From: Halobacteria archaeon
GTDB lineage: Archaea > Methanobacteriota_B > Thermococci > Methanofastidiosales > NM3
NCBI GenBank assembly: GCA_036733165.1
Contig: DAINBB010000004.1
Span: 7,198 to 71,197 of the forward strand
Length of the DNA: 64,000 nucleotides
Direction of reading: 5' to 3'
The translations under genes and the position numbers were made by a program. Shown in pieces: positions 56,107-64,000 of this stretch; within the stretch, counting starts at the first letter, position 1, and each line of letters starts with the position of its first letter. The notes under the pieces are model-generated. The model was not told the DNA's origin and ran no database searches. It worked only from the letters and a program-made list of their open reading frames with translations.

Positions 56107-57198
56107 TTATTTTTTCATGTTTTTCCATATCAGATTGGCGAGGTCCACGGTGTCGATCTCTATGTTCTCCGCCTCCTTGATAGTGTCAAGATGATACAGG
56201 CAGAACGGACAATACGACACTATGCAGTCGGTCCCCTCGGCCCTGTCGAGGGACACCTTCCCTATGGCGTTGGATATCTCCGGAAAGTTGGGTTTTACGC
56301 CGGCGGGCGCGCCGCAACAGAATATCTTGCCATCAAATGGTTCGTCGACATCATAACCCATGGCAACCAATAGTTCCCTCGGCACATCAAATATGTCCTT
56401 CATTGGGCATGGATCCCTGATGCTCACCCTGCCAGAGGACTTCTTTAATTTTATCTTGCCCTCGTCGAACAATTGCTTGAAAAGCTCAACGGCGTATATG
56501 ACCTCATAGTTTGGCTCCCTGTAGAGCCCGGGATAGATGTCCTTGATGACCTTGTAGCATGCGGGGCAGGATACCAATAGCTTCTTCACGCCTTGGGACT
56601 CTATGCAGTCGGTGTATTCCTTCGCATATTGTTTGATCTCGTCCATATGCCCATTGTCAATGAGGAAGAGTCCGCAACACCTCTCGTCCTTCAGCAGCAT
56701 GGGCTTTATACCACAGGCATTGAGGATGCGAACAGTGTCCTGTGCTATGCTTACGTTTCTCAGAGTTACCCAGCATCCGGCCATGTATGTCAGTTCGGGG
56801 TCATCTGAGAACTTCAGGTCGTCGGTGGCCCACATCTCCGCCCTGTTGGGGATGTCCATACCCTTGGGATTATACTTTGTGAATATGTTGTTCGCAATGT
56901 GTTTTGTCTTTTCAGGTTCCCTGCCCTGGTCCGCAAGCAGCTTACGTTCGTACTGTATTATGCCATAGATGTCAATGCTCTCCGGGCATACATCGTTGCA
57001 TACCCCGCAACGGGAACAAAGATAGACCGTGTCTAACTCGTCCTGGGTGAGCTCTTCGTTGTTCTCTATCTTTTCCAATTGCTTGATCTTGTTGTTGGGC
57101 GTGTATATATCCTTATCAGAAACAAAACAGATCGGACAGATGCTGCCGCATTCGCCGCATTCTGTACACATGTTCACTTGATCCAAATAACTAGACAT
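56107..57198 (-). CDS. hdrD: HdrD/GlpC-like Fe-S oxidoreductase (two 4Fe-4S ferredoxin motifs + two CCG domains)
   Basis: 'CTECGECGSICP' and 'CSRCGVCNDVCP'. CCG motifs 'ERCCGLF' and 'IFCCGAP', with further Cys in each half. Confidence 0.7.
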   Translation of the reverse strand: MSSYLDQVNMCTECGECGSICPICFVSDKDIYTPNNKIKQLEKIENNEELTQDELDTVYLCSRCGVCNDVCPESIDIYGIIQYERKLLADQGREPEKTKHIANNIFTKYNPKGMDIPNRAEMWATDDLKFSDDPELTYMAGCWVTLRNVSIAQDTVRILNACGIKPMLLKDERCCGLFLIDNGHMDEIKQYAKEYTDCIESQGVKKLLVSCPACYKVIKDIYPGLYREPNYEVIYAVELFKQLFDEGKIKLKKSSGRVSIRDPCPMKDIFDVPRELLVAMGYDVDEPFDGKIFCCGAPAGVKPNFPEISNAIGKVSLDRAEGTDCIVSYCPFCLYHLDTIKEAENIEIDTVDLANLIWKNMKK

Positions 57199-57244
57199 GA
57201 TCCCACCACTTCCAATTAAATGCCAGGTTCAAATCATATAAGTT

Positions 57245-58225
57245 TTATGGCCTCGTAAGCTTGTATATGTGCCTGACCAGAGATTTGTGCACACGTACCT
57301 GTGCCTTGGCATCGATCATGAAACCATAAGTGGTGAAGTCATGTTCCATCGGGAGTACTATCACGGCCTTTTTCCCACATATCTCATATATTATCTTAAA
57401 GACCTTGGAGTAAAGTGAACTCCTGTCATCGTTCCCTATCACGGTCGACTTGCCGTATGGAACGTCGGTGACGATCGTCTCGTAGGTTGCGGAGATGTCC
57501 AGTTTGGATGAATCGCCCACCGCTATATCCCCGTCTATCCCGTAGAAACCAAGATTTCGTCTAGTGCCCTCTACCATCTTCTCCTCTATGTCAACTCCAT
57601 GAACATCCAATCCCATCAATCCCGCCTCTATCAGTATCCCCCCTGTGCCGCAGAAGGGGTCCATCACCTCATGCCTGGCCTCCGATAGATTCACCAAGGC
57701 CCTGGCGAGCCTCGGGTCTATTGAGGAGGGATGAAAATATGGCCTATGTTGCGGTTTCCTCTCATTGAAGGATTTTGGGTCGTTCACGAACAATGTGTAG
57801 CCTACGTGCACCATCCCATCGACGTAGAGGGCGTAGAGCTCCTGGTCCGGGGACGAGAGGTCCACATTCGCGGAAGTTTTGGACAGGATCTGTTCGGATA
57901 TCCTCCGTTCCTCCTCCATCGAGTTCATGTCCTTGTCTATTTTCCGCACCCTGAAGCTGAAGCTTCCTTCCGTGAGCACTTCGCTCAAGGCATCTTGAGG
58001 AATGAGACCCTTGCCAGGCGTGAGCGCTCCGAGATACCTCATCGCCCTGTGGGTAAGCGCCAGCCTGGAGAGCATCTCAAGGCAGAGGTGCCCAGTATCC
58101 AGGACAAGTGTCTGCCTGCCCCTGATCTTGACATGGCAATCCATGCCATATGCCCTGATAAGAGAGGTAACTTCCAAAAAGGCCAGTTCCTCATGCTCGC
58201 CATTCAAAAAGAAGAGATATTCCAA
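57245..58225 (-). CDS. THUMP-domain N2-guanine tRNA methyltransferase (Trm11/Trm14 family)
   Basis: N-terminal THUMP-like region. SAM motif 'DPFCGTGGILIEAG'. Catalytic 'DVPYG'. Confidence 0.75.
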   Translation of the reverse strand: MEYLFFLNGEHEELAFLEVTSLIRAYGMDCHVKIRGRQTLVLDTGHLCLEMLSRLALTHRAMRYLGALTPGKGLIPQDALSEVLTEGSFSFRVRKIDKDMNSMEEERRISEQILSKTSANVDLSSPDQELYALYVDGMVHVGYTLFVNDPKSFNERKPQHRPYFHPSSIDPRLARALVNLSEARHEVMDPFCGTGGILIEAGLMGLDVHGVDIEEKMVEGTRRNLGFYGIDGDIAVGDSSKLDISATYETIVTDVPYGKSTVIGNDDRSSLYSKVFKIIYEICGKKAVIVLPMEHDFTTYGFMIDAKAQVRVHKSLVRHIYKLTRP

Positions 58226-58233
58226 AACACCAC

Positions 58234-59250
58234 CTATATGTGCCTCAGAAAGTCCACATCGCCAGCCAGTATGTGTGAGACGGTGCCGTCATCCTCCTCG
58301 AGTATCAAGGCGCCTGTATCGTCGATGTCCACTACCTTCCCCCTCTTCTCCACTCCAAGGAACGATACCCGCACGCGATTGCCGATGGTGTTCGATATCT
58401 GTTTGGAGTATTCCATTATGGTCGAAAACTCTTTTCTCTCAAAGTGGGTGTACTCATCTTTGAACTTGTTCAGGATACTTGCCATGAGCATGTTCCTGTC
58501 GGTCTCTTTTCCAATTATCTCACTGATCGATATGAAGCTCGAATCCTTTGGAAGTTGATTGTTAACGTTTATCCCTATGCCTATGACCACATAGTGCATG
58601 AGATCGATATCCGAGGACACGAGGATGCCTATGCCACAAAGCTTCTTGCCCCCGTAGAAAATGTCGTTTGGCCACTTCATGCTCGGTTCTATGCCATAAA
58701 GCTCGTTCATGGCCTTTGCAACGGCGTTTGCAACGACGAAGTTCAGGATTGGGGCCATTGAGGGAACGCACCTTGGCCTCATGATGAAGGAGAACCACAG
58801 TCCCCCTCTCGGAGATTGCCACTCGCGTCCCATGCGTCCCCTTCCGGCAGTCTGTATCTCTGAGACTATCAATGTTCTCTCCGGAAATCCGTCCAGGGCA
58901 TGTTTTCTTGCCTGAAGATTGGTCGAATCTGTAGAATCGTGATGAAAGATAGGTTTGAAGTTCGTCTCGAGGACTATGAACTCGGGAACTATTATGTCTG
59001 GAAATGATACGAGCCTATATCCCTTGTTCGTTTTCGAATATATCTTGAAACCGTCCTCTTTTAGTTGATTTACCTTTTTAGAGACGGCCTGTCTGGTGAT
59101 GCCGAGCTTCTTGGCTATGTACTCTCCTGATACGAAGGTATCGCGATTATCGATCAGGAATGTCAGGATGTCCTTGGCCATTAATAAAGAAGAATAGAAG
59201 AACATTATAAAAATATTGCTATTTAAATTAAAATTGTCAAAAAGGGGCAT
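58234..59250 (-). CDS. birA: Biotin--protein ligase / repressor BirA
   Basis: N-terminal HTH 'ISGEYIAKKLGITRQAVSKKV'. 'QTAGRGRMGREWQSPRGGLWFS' biotin-binding loop. Confidence 0.85.
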   Translation of the reverse strand: MPLFDNFNLNSNIFIMFFYSSLLMAKDILTFLIDNRDTFVSGEYIAKKLGITRQAVSKKVNQLKEDGFKIYSKTNKGYRLVSFPDIIVPEFIVLETNFKPIFHHDSTDSTNLQARKHALDGFPERTLIVSEIQTAGRGRMGREWQSPRGGLWFSFIMRPRCVPSMAPILNFVVANAVAKAMNELYGIEPSMKWPNDIFYGGKKLCGIGILVSSDIDLMHYVVIGIGINVNNQLPKDSSFISISEIIGKETDRNMLMASILNKFKDEYTHFERKEFSTIMEYSKQISNTIGNRVRVSFLGVEKRGKVVDIDDTGALILEEDDGTVSHILAGDVDFLRHI

Positions 59251-59308
59251 CTACCCCTATCTGTCCAGATGGCGATGAGGAAAACAAGGAGATATGGAGA
59301 GCCGCTGT

Positions 59309-59989
59309 TCAGATCCCCATGTCCCTCATGAGATCGTTGATTATGCTTGCGTCCTCCCTCTCTTTCCTCAAGATCAGTTCATCAAGGCCGAAGAGCTTGT
59401 AGAGCGACTTGCCCTTCTTGATGTCATCGATTATCCGCTCCTCCATCTCGGTGGACTCGCTGGCCTTGCCAATGACCTGATCAACATGCTCTGCAGGTAT
59501 CACCACAACGCCATCGTCATCGCCAAGGATGTAATCCCATGGTTGCACGCAAGCTCCAGAACACGTAATCTTCGTGCCTAGCTCGCCCAGTCCCCTTATG
59601 GTCCCATCCCTGGGAGATGAACCTATGGCAAACACTGGAAAGTCCAGCACCTTTATGTTCATCGTGTCCCTTACCGCACCATTGATGATAACGCCCGCCA
59701 GTTCCTTGACCTTTGCCTCATATGTCATGAGACTGCCCCATATCGCGGCCTCGGTATATCCTCCACCGTCTATGACCAGAACGGAACCTTTTGGCGCCTC
59801 GTTCAAGGCCCAATAGCATGTTAGCATGTCCCCAGGAGGGCTCGAAGCGGTAAACGCCCTTCCAACAACCTTGCTAACGGAACCGATGGGTTTGATGTTT
59901 GAGGCAAAAACGCCCTTTCCGTCCATCACATCTGCCACTGATGCGGTGGTCAATTTGCATAAGATATCGATCTTTGCATCAGAATTCAT
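59309..59989 (-). CDS. RraA-family protein (4-hydroxy-4-methyl-2-oxoglutarate aldolase / regulator of RNase activity A-like)
   Basis: 'GSVLVIDGGGYTEAAIWGSLMTYEAKVKELAGVIINGAVRDT'. Confidence 0.8.
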   Translation of the reverse strand: MNSDAKIDILCKLTTASVADVMDGKGVFASNIKPIGSVSKVVGRAFTASSPPGDMLTCYWALNEAPKGSVLVIDGGGYTEAAIWGSLMTYEAKVKELAGVIINGAVRDTMNIKVLDFPVFAIGSSPRDGTIRGLGELGTKITCSGACVQPWDYILGDDDGVVVIPAEHVDQVIGKASESTEMEERIIDDIKKGKSLYKLFGLDELILRKEREDASIINDLMRDMGI

Positions 59990-60044
59990 CTACTTCCTCC
60001 CAAATAACAATAGTCATTCAGGATATATAAACATTATAGAAAAG

Positions 60045-60118
<74 letters not shown>

Positions 60119-61018
60119 TCAGGCGAAGGTCTCCCTGAACTCCTTCAGAAAGTCTTCTACCTTCCTGAGACTCTGTGCAAATATAAAGTTTCCGGAGATG
60201 AAAACCTCATCGGAAAGACGTGAAGCCGCCACTGAAAGCTCCTCCACGTTCGGCACTTGTTCTGGGTACAGGGATTCCCAGACCTCCTCGATATTATATC
60301 TTTCAAACGAGTTTATCATGATTTCATTGAGCCTGTTCTCAAGCTCGGAAATCTGATTAGCATACTTTTGATTTTCCAACCTAAGTTCATTGGCCTCGTA
60401 TATGGCCTCAGATTCATCCTCTTTCTCTGAGGTCTCGTAAGCATCAACGGAGGACATCCAGCTGATCGCATTGTAATCCTCTTCAGAGGGAGATGTATCG
60501 TCAGGAGCTTTCTCATATGAAGAGGAGCCTTCATCCTCGTAATCGTCGGCATAGTTTCCATATTCGCCCCCAGGTACGTTGGTGTCATCGATGTACGGAG
60601 ACCCATCTTCGCTATAATCCTCAAATTCCACCCGCATTAGTTTTAGGGCCTTTAGGCCAGACCTGATTATCGCCTTCTCGACGGAATCCTTCAGAAGCAT
60701 GCTGTCATAGTACTCGACATTCTGTCCATTGGGGAGCCTTATGTTCTCAACTATGGTGCATACGCCTTGCAACGCCTCGTTCATCGTTTCGGAGAGCGTT
60801 CTGCCTGCACCGTCCGCATCCATTGCTACCAGTACGATATCGGCACCACTGGCAGCATTGATCGCAATGAAAGGGTCTGTGGTGGGTATAATAGAGGTGA
60901 TGGACGCGCCATAGTCGCTGCCCAACGAGGAATGCTCCAAAGCATCACATATCTTCCTTACATCATTCAATCCTTCAACGACGATGCGAACATCAGTAAC
61001 CATATTTGTTCCAGTCAT
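60119..61018 (-). CDS. Toprim-domain protein, hypothetical
   Basis: N-terminal Toprim signature '[11 protein letters not shown]' (Glu) ... '[10 protein letters not shown]' (DxD). Acidic low-complexity linker, C-terminal coiled-coil. Start overlaps the rpl37e 3' end. Stop abuts tRNA-Ala. Confidence 0.55.
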   Translation of the reverse strand: MTGTNMVTDVRIVVEGLNDVRKICDALEHSSLGSDYGASITSIIPTTDPFIAINAASGADIVLVAMDADGAGRTLSETMNEALQGVCTIVENIRLPNGQNVEYYDSMLLKDSVEKAIIRSGLKALKLMRVEFEDYSEDGSPYIDDTNVPGGEYGNYADDYEDEGSSSYEKAPDDTSPSEEDYNAISWMSSVDAYETSEKEDESEAIYEANELRLENQKYANQISELENRLNEIMINSFERYNIEEVWESLYPEQVPNVEELSVAASRLSDEVFISGNFIFAQSLRKVEDFLKEFRETFA

Positions 61019-61166
61019 ACTTTCTCATCCTACTAGAAACACCATATCCGCAAGAACCGCACCTGTGCTTACGAATATGATAGGAATGGTTACCGCATCT
61101 TCTGCAACGGATGTGGACCTTTGAGTTCCTCTTACCAAAAGAAGGTGTTCCCTTACCCATAGTCAT
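60993..61166 (-). CDS. rpl37e: 50S ribosomal protein L37e
   Basis: Not in the ORF track (57 aa). Hand translation gives '[57 protein letters not shown]', the L37e C4 zinc-finger family. Its ATG overlaps the Sm gene stop (TGATG). Confidence 0.8.
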   Translation of the reverse strand: MTMGKGTPSFGKRNSKVHIRCRRCGNHSYHIRKHRCGSCGYGVSSRMRKYDWNKYGY

Positions 61167-61402
61167 CACCTTAGGTCAGGAGATATGAGAACGACGTTGT
61201 CGCCGCGAACGACTGCATATCCCAGATTCCTGATAAGCTGTCCATCCTTTAGCTCTTCAGCGTTCTCAAGCACTAGATTCATATGAATATCGTAACCTTT
61301 AAGTATTCCTCTAAATTCTCTTCCACCCTTCAACTCTACAAGGACGTTTTTCTCTACAGATTTGTGGATTATATCCAATGGTCTTTCGGCCATATTAATC
61401 AC
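61166..61402 (-). CDS. Sm-like archaeal protein (SmAP/LSm)
   Basis: Sm1 '[31 protein letters not shown]' and Sm2 '[10 protein letters not shown]'. Confidence 0.9.
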   Translation of the reverse strand: MINMAERPLDIIHKSVEKNVLVELKGGREFRGILKGYDIHMNLVLENAEELKDGQLIRNLGYAVVRGDNVVLISPDLR

Positions 61403-61575
61403 CCCTATGATAACATTAACACGTGATTACTGAGGTATTTAAATTTATCTGAACCACCATCAGTTTACCAAATGTTAATTGAACGTTATGAGATATGACA
61501 ACCTCCCGTTATAATATAAATGTTTCTGTGTGTGGTGTCCTTTGCACAATCTTTTTATGATGGCCTGTTTTAGAC

Positions 61576-62199
61576 ATGAACGATAAGATGAGGTATCCTA
61601 AGGCACTTTTATTCGATATGGATGGCGTTCTGGTCGACTCCACGGAATCCTGGAGGGGGGCCCTGAACGATGCGTTGAGGCGATACGGTCAGAGAGAACT
61701 GTCAAAGGAGGAGTTCCTGGATCAGTACTGGGGTGCCGACCTTTTTCAGATACTGGAAAAGTTGGGATTGGACATGGGGATAGGCAGGTTTTGCAATGCC
61801 ATCTACCCTGAGCACATCAGAGATGTCAAGCTGTTCCCAGAGACTATAGACACGCTTGAGAGGCTTCGGGATGTTGACAAGGCACTGGTCACCAACACGA
61901 CGCTGGACTGCACTGAGAGGATCCTCGACAAATACGGCATAAGGCAATACTTCCTTGAGATAGTCACAAGCGACCAGGTACAATACGGGAAGCCACGTCC
62001 TGACATGCTTATCCTGGCCTGTGAAAGGCTTGGAAGGACGGCCGGAGAGGTCATGATGATAGGCGACACCATCAACGACATAATAGCCGCCAGGGATGCA
62101 AGATGCACATCGATAGGCATAGGCGTCGACGGAGATTACCGGATAGGGTCGCTCAAGGAACTACCATCCCTCCTGAAAAGGATAATGGACAGTACATAA
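61576..62199 (+). CDS. HAD-superfamily hydrolase (beta-phosphoglucomutase/phosphatase-like)
   Basis: Motif I 'LLFDMDGVLVDS', motif II 'ALVTNT', motif III/IV 'K...MMIGDTINDIIAA'. Confidence 0.85.
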   Translation: MNDKMRYPKALLFDMDGVLVDSTESWRGALNDALRRYGQRELSKEEFLDQYWGADLFQILEKLGLDMGIGRFCNAIYPEHIRDVKLFPETIDTLERLRDVDKALVTNTTLDCTERILDKYGIRQYFLEIVTSDQVQYGKPRPDMLILACERLGRTAGEVMMIGDTINDIIAARDARCTSIGIGVDGDYRIGSLKELPSLLKRIMDST

Positions 62200-62288
62200 C
62201 GGATGACGCCATTATCTGTTGCTTTCATCCCAAGCCCTGGTTGCCAACTCCCGCCCGATCAGGAACATGTCATACAAGATGGAAGTGC

Positions 62289-63029
62289 CTATCGCACGAT
62301 CGGATTTGATTCCATGTCGAAAGGATTCAGCCTCATTGCCAATGAAAAGAGGTAGGGATAATGTCTCTGCAGGTGGCGCATGTAATCCAGCCATTCGCCC
62401 ACAAGCTGTATGTAAACCCTTTTTAGGTCGCCCCTCAGGTGTTCCAGGTCGGTTGCCGGCAGCTTGTCAAGGTCTTTCCTGCTCTCCAATTCCTCGACCG
62501 CATGGAAGACCGCCTGCAAGAGGTCAGTGAACGATTCATGCTCCAGAAGCATGGGGTTTTCCAAAAGCCTTACCAGGAAACCTCTTTTTCCCACCAGGAA
62601 CTCCTTGAGGCATTGAAGGTCGACCTTCCCGATATCCACATCGTAGCTGTATTCCCTTAGCACTGCCTCTGCCCTGTCGAACTCATCGTCGTTCCAGTCG
62701 TTCTCGACTATCAGGGAATCCCTTATCTTGTCAAGATTCGGGTCGCTGTCGGAAAGGTGCACCAACAACCTCGTTCCCACCTCGCTGAAGAAGGCCCCGA
62801 TGACGATGTTCATCTTTTCCATCTTCTGTCGCTTGTCCCTGATGTTGAGGACTTTGTGTATGATCAAGGTCACCAAGAGCACATCGATTGGTACAAACGC
62901 TATATCGCCCAAGAGATAGATGAAGATGTGGTGAGAGTCGCTGAATATGATATAATGAAGAATGTATAGGATGGCGGATGCCGCCACAAGCGCCATCGCC
63001 AATTTTAGCTCCCATCTGATCCTTTTCAT
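62289..63029 (-). CDS. Hypothetical membrane-anchored protein
   Basis: Two N-terminal TM helices ('LKLAMALVAASAILYIL', 'IFIYLLGDIAFVPIDVLLVTLII'), then a ~170 aa soluble helical domain. Start taken at 'MKRIRWEL'. Confidence 0.45.
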   Translation of the reverse strand: MKRIRWELKLAMALVAASAILYILHYIIFSDSHHIFIYLLGDIAFVPIDVLLVTLIIHKVLNIRDKRQKMEKMNIVIGAFFSEVGTRLLVHLSDSDPNLDKIRDSLIVENDWNDDEFDRAEAVLREYSYDVDIGKVDLQCLKEFLVGKRGFLVRLLENPMLLEHESFTDLLQAVFHAVEELESRKDLDKLPATDLEHLRGDLKRVYIQLVGEWLDYMRHLQRHYPYLFSLAMRLNPFDMESNPIVR

Positions 63030-63366
63030 GATATGAAACAAGGGGACATGACTATTAATATTTAGCGATTTTGACATTTTAGGACCAAACTCACCCAAAA
63101 TTTTATAAATGATTTGTATAATGAAAGTCATAATTCGGAGTCTGATCATTATGAACGCTGTTGATTTGGAGGCTAAGGCACTTTCAATGTGTGCTGGTCG
63201 CCTTCATGCCCGATAAGATGGATACAAACCTCATTGATGAAAACGACAGTATCCAAACCGACTCCATCGCAATCTCATCGACTATTCTGGGAGGTTCCAA
63301 AAATGATTTCCAAAGGTGATTTATTTCATGGCCCGCAGCTTTGACTACAAAGAGAAGGAAGAAGTA

Positions 63367-63951
63367 ATGCTCGTGCTGCCCAAAAACACCGGACTCAAGG
63401 AGTACACACAATTGTTCATGGACAAATATCCTGACTACAAGGAACTCAAGGTTGTGGAGGTCAGGGGTGAGGATGTGCCGTTCTGGATAAGCCAACTGGC
63501 AAGGAAAGGGAAAAAGGTGTACGGATTCACCGGCAGGGACCTCTATCATGAGTATGAGCTTGAGAATCCCGATGAGGAGCTGGTCGAGGTCATTGATGTG
63601 ATGGAATGGAACGATCCCACTGCCATGTATAATAAACCGGCGCTGTGCCTGATAGGCCCTGAGAAGATGTCCATGGAGGATATGCCCAAGGACATCACAA
63701 TATGTGCGAGCAAGAAGTACAGGTGCATAGTTAAGGATTATCTAAACAGATATAGGGAAAAAGGATACAGATTCAACGAGGTATTCGTCAACGGAAGTGT
63801 GGAGACCAGCTGCAGCGAGGGCATATCGGACCTTGCGATAGATATTGTATACTCTGGCAGGAGCATGAAGGAATGCGGTCTGAGGATCTATGATGTCATA
63901 TTTAAAAGCGATTGTGTCATCCTCGGGGGTAGGTCAAATGATAGAACCTAA
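63367..63951 (+). CDS. hisG: ATP phosphoribosyltransferase HisG (short form)
   Basis: N-terminus 'MLVLPKNTGL', C-terminal HisG signature 'DLAIDIVYSGRSM' (D-[LIV]-x-x-[ST]-G-x-[ST]-[LM]). Confidence 0.65.
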   Translation: MLVLPKNTGLKEYTQLFMDKYPDYKELKVVEVRGEDVPFWISQLARKGKKVYGFTGRDLYHEYELENPDEELVEVIDVMEWNDPTAMYNKPALCLIGPEKMSMEDMPKDITICASKKYRCIVKDYLNRYREKGYRFNEVFVNGSVETSCSEGISDLAIDIVYSGRSMKECGLRIYDVIFKSDCVILGGRSNDRT

Positions 63952-64000
63952 TCAATACATCCGCAAGGTCAGCGGTTACGTCCCCCCCATGGAAGGGAGG

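Overview
This window reads as an archaeal chromosome segment, most likely from a Thermoplasmata / Methanomassiliicoccales-type methylotrophic methanogen. That call rests on gene content: a class I lysyl-tRNA synthetase, MCM preceded by a GINS-like gene, an Spt5-L11-L1-L10(P0)-L12(P1) ribosomal cluster, an Sm-L37e pair, an RNase P Rpp21 subunit, Nep1, an HdrD-like Fe-S oxidoreductase, and a corrinoid protein followed by an MtaA-like methyltransferase. Bulk GC looks to be roughly 45-50 percent by eye. The window is densely coding on both strands. It carries about 70 supportable protein genes, three tRNAs (Arg-CCU, Arg-GCG, Ala-GGC) and one unlisted small gene (ribosomal protein L37e) that overlaps its neighbours. 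Most of the content is housekeeping: Fe-S assembly (IscS/IscU, Mrp), FtsZ, GlmS, a WtpABC-type tungstate/molybdate transporter, BirA, HisG, CofC-like, several transporters, and a REC-PAS-GAF hybrid histidine kinase. I found no CRISPR array and no rRNA.

The stretches that look accessory or unusual are these. (1) The first ~860 bp are strongly AT-rich and carry a HEPN/DUF4145-like gene plus a decayed tyrosine-integrase C-terminal fragment lying against tRNA-Arg(CCU); this looks like the edge of an integrated element. (2) An orphan 837-aa DUF853/YjgR-like HerA-FtsK-superfamily ATPase with a long C-terminal coiled-coil. (3) A corrinoid-protein gene that is visibly GC-rich (about 60 percent, GC3-rich codons) compared with its surroundings; the GC-rich composition runs into the first ~100 nt of the downstream MtaA-like gene and then drops. 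A truncated N-terminal fragment of a second, canonical MtaA lies on the opposite strand ~500 bp away. (4) An in-frame fusion of RNase P Rpp21 with a domain resembling the lipoate-protein-ligase C-terminal domain (LplB-like). (5) A lower-GC stretch after tRNA-Arg(GCG) carrying a secreted protein, a DJ-1/PfpI protein and small Zn-ribbon ORFs. (6) A Toprim-domain protein whose start overlaps the 3' end of L37e.

All coordinates for starts inside six-frame ORFs were worked out by hand from the ORF track and should be taken as approximate.
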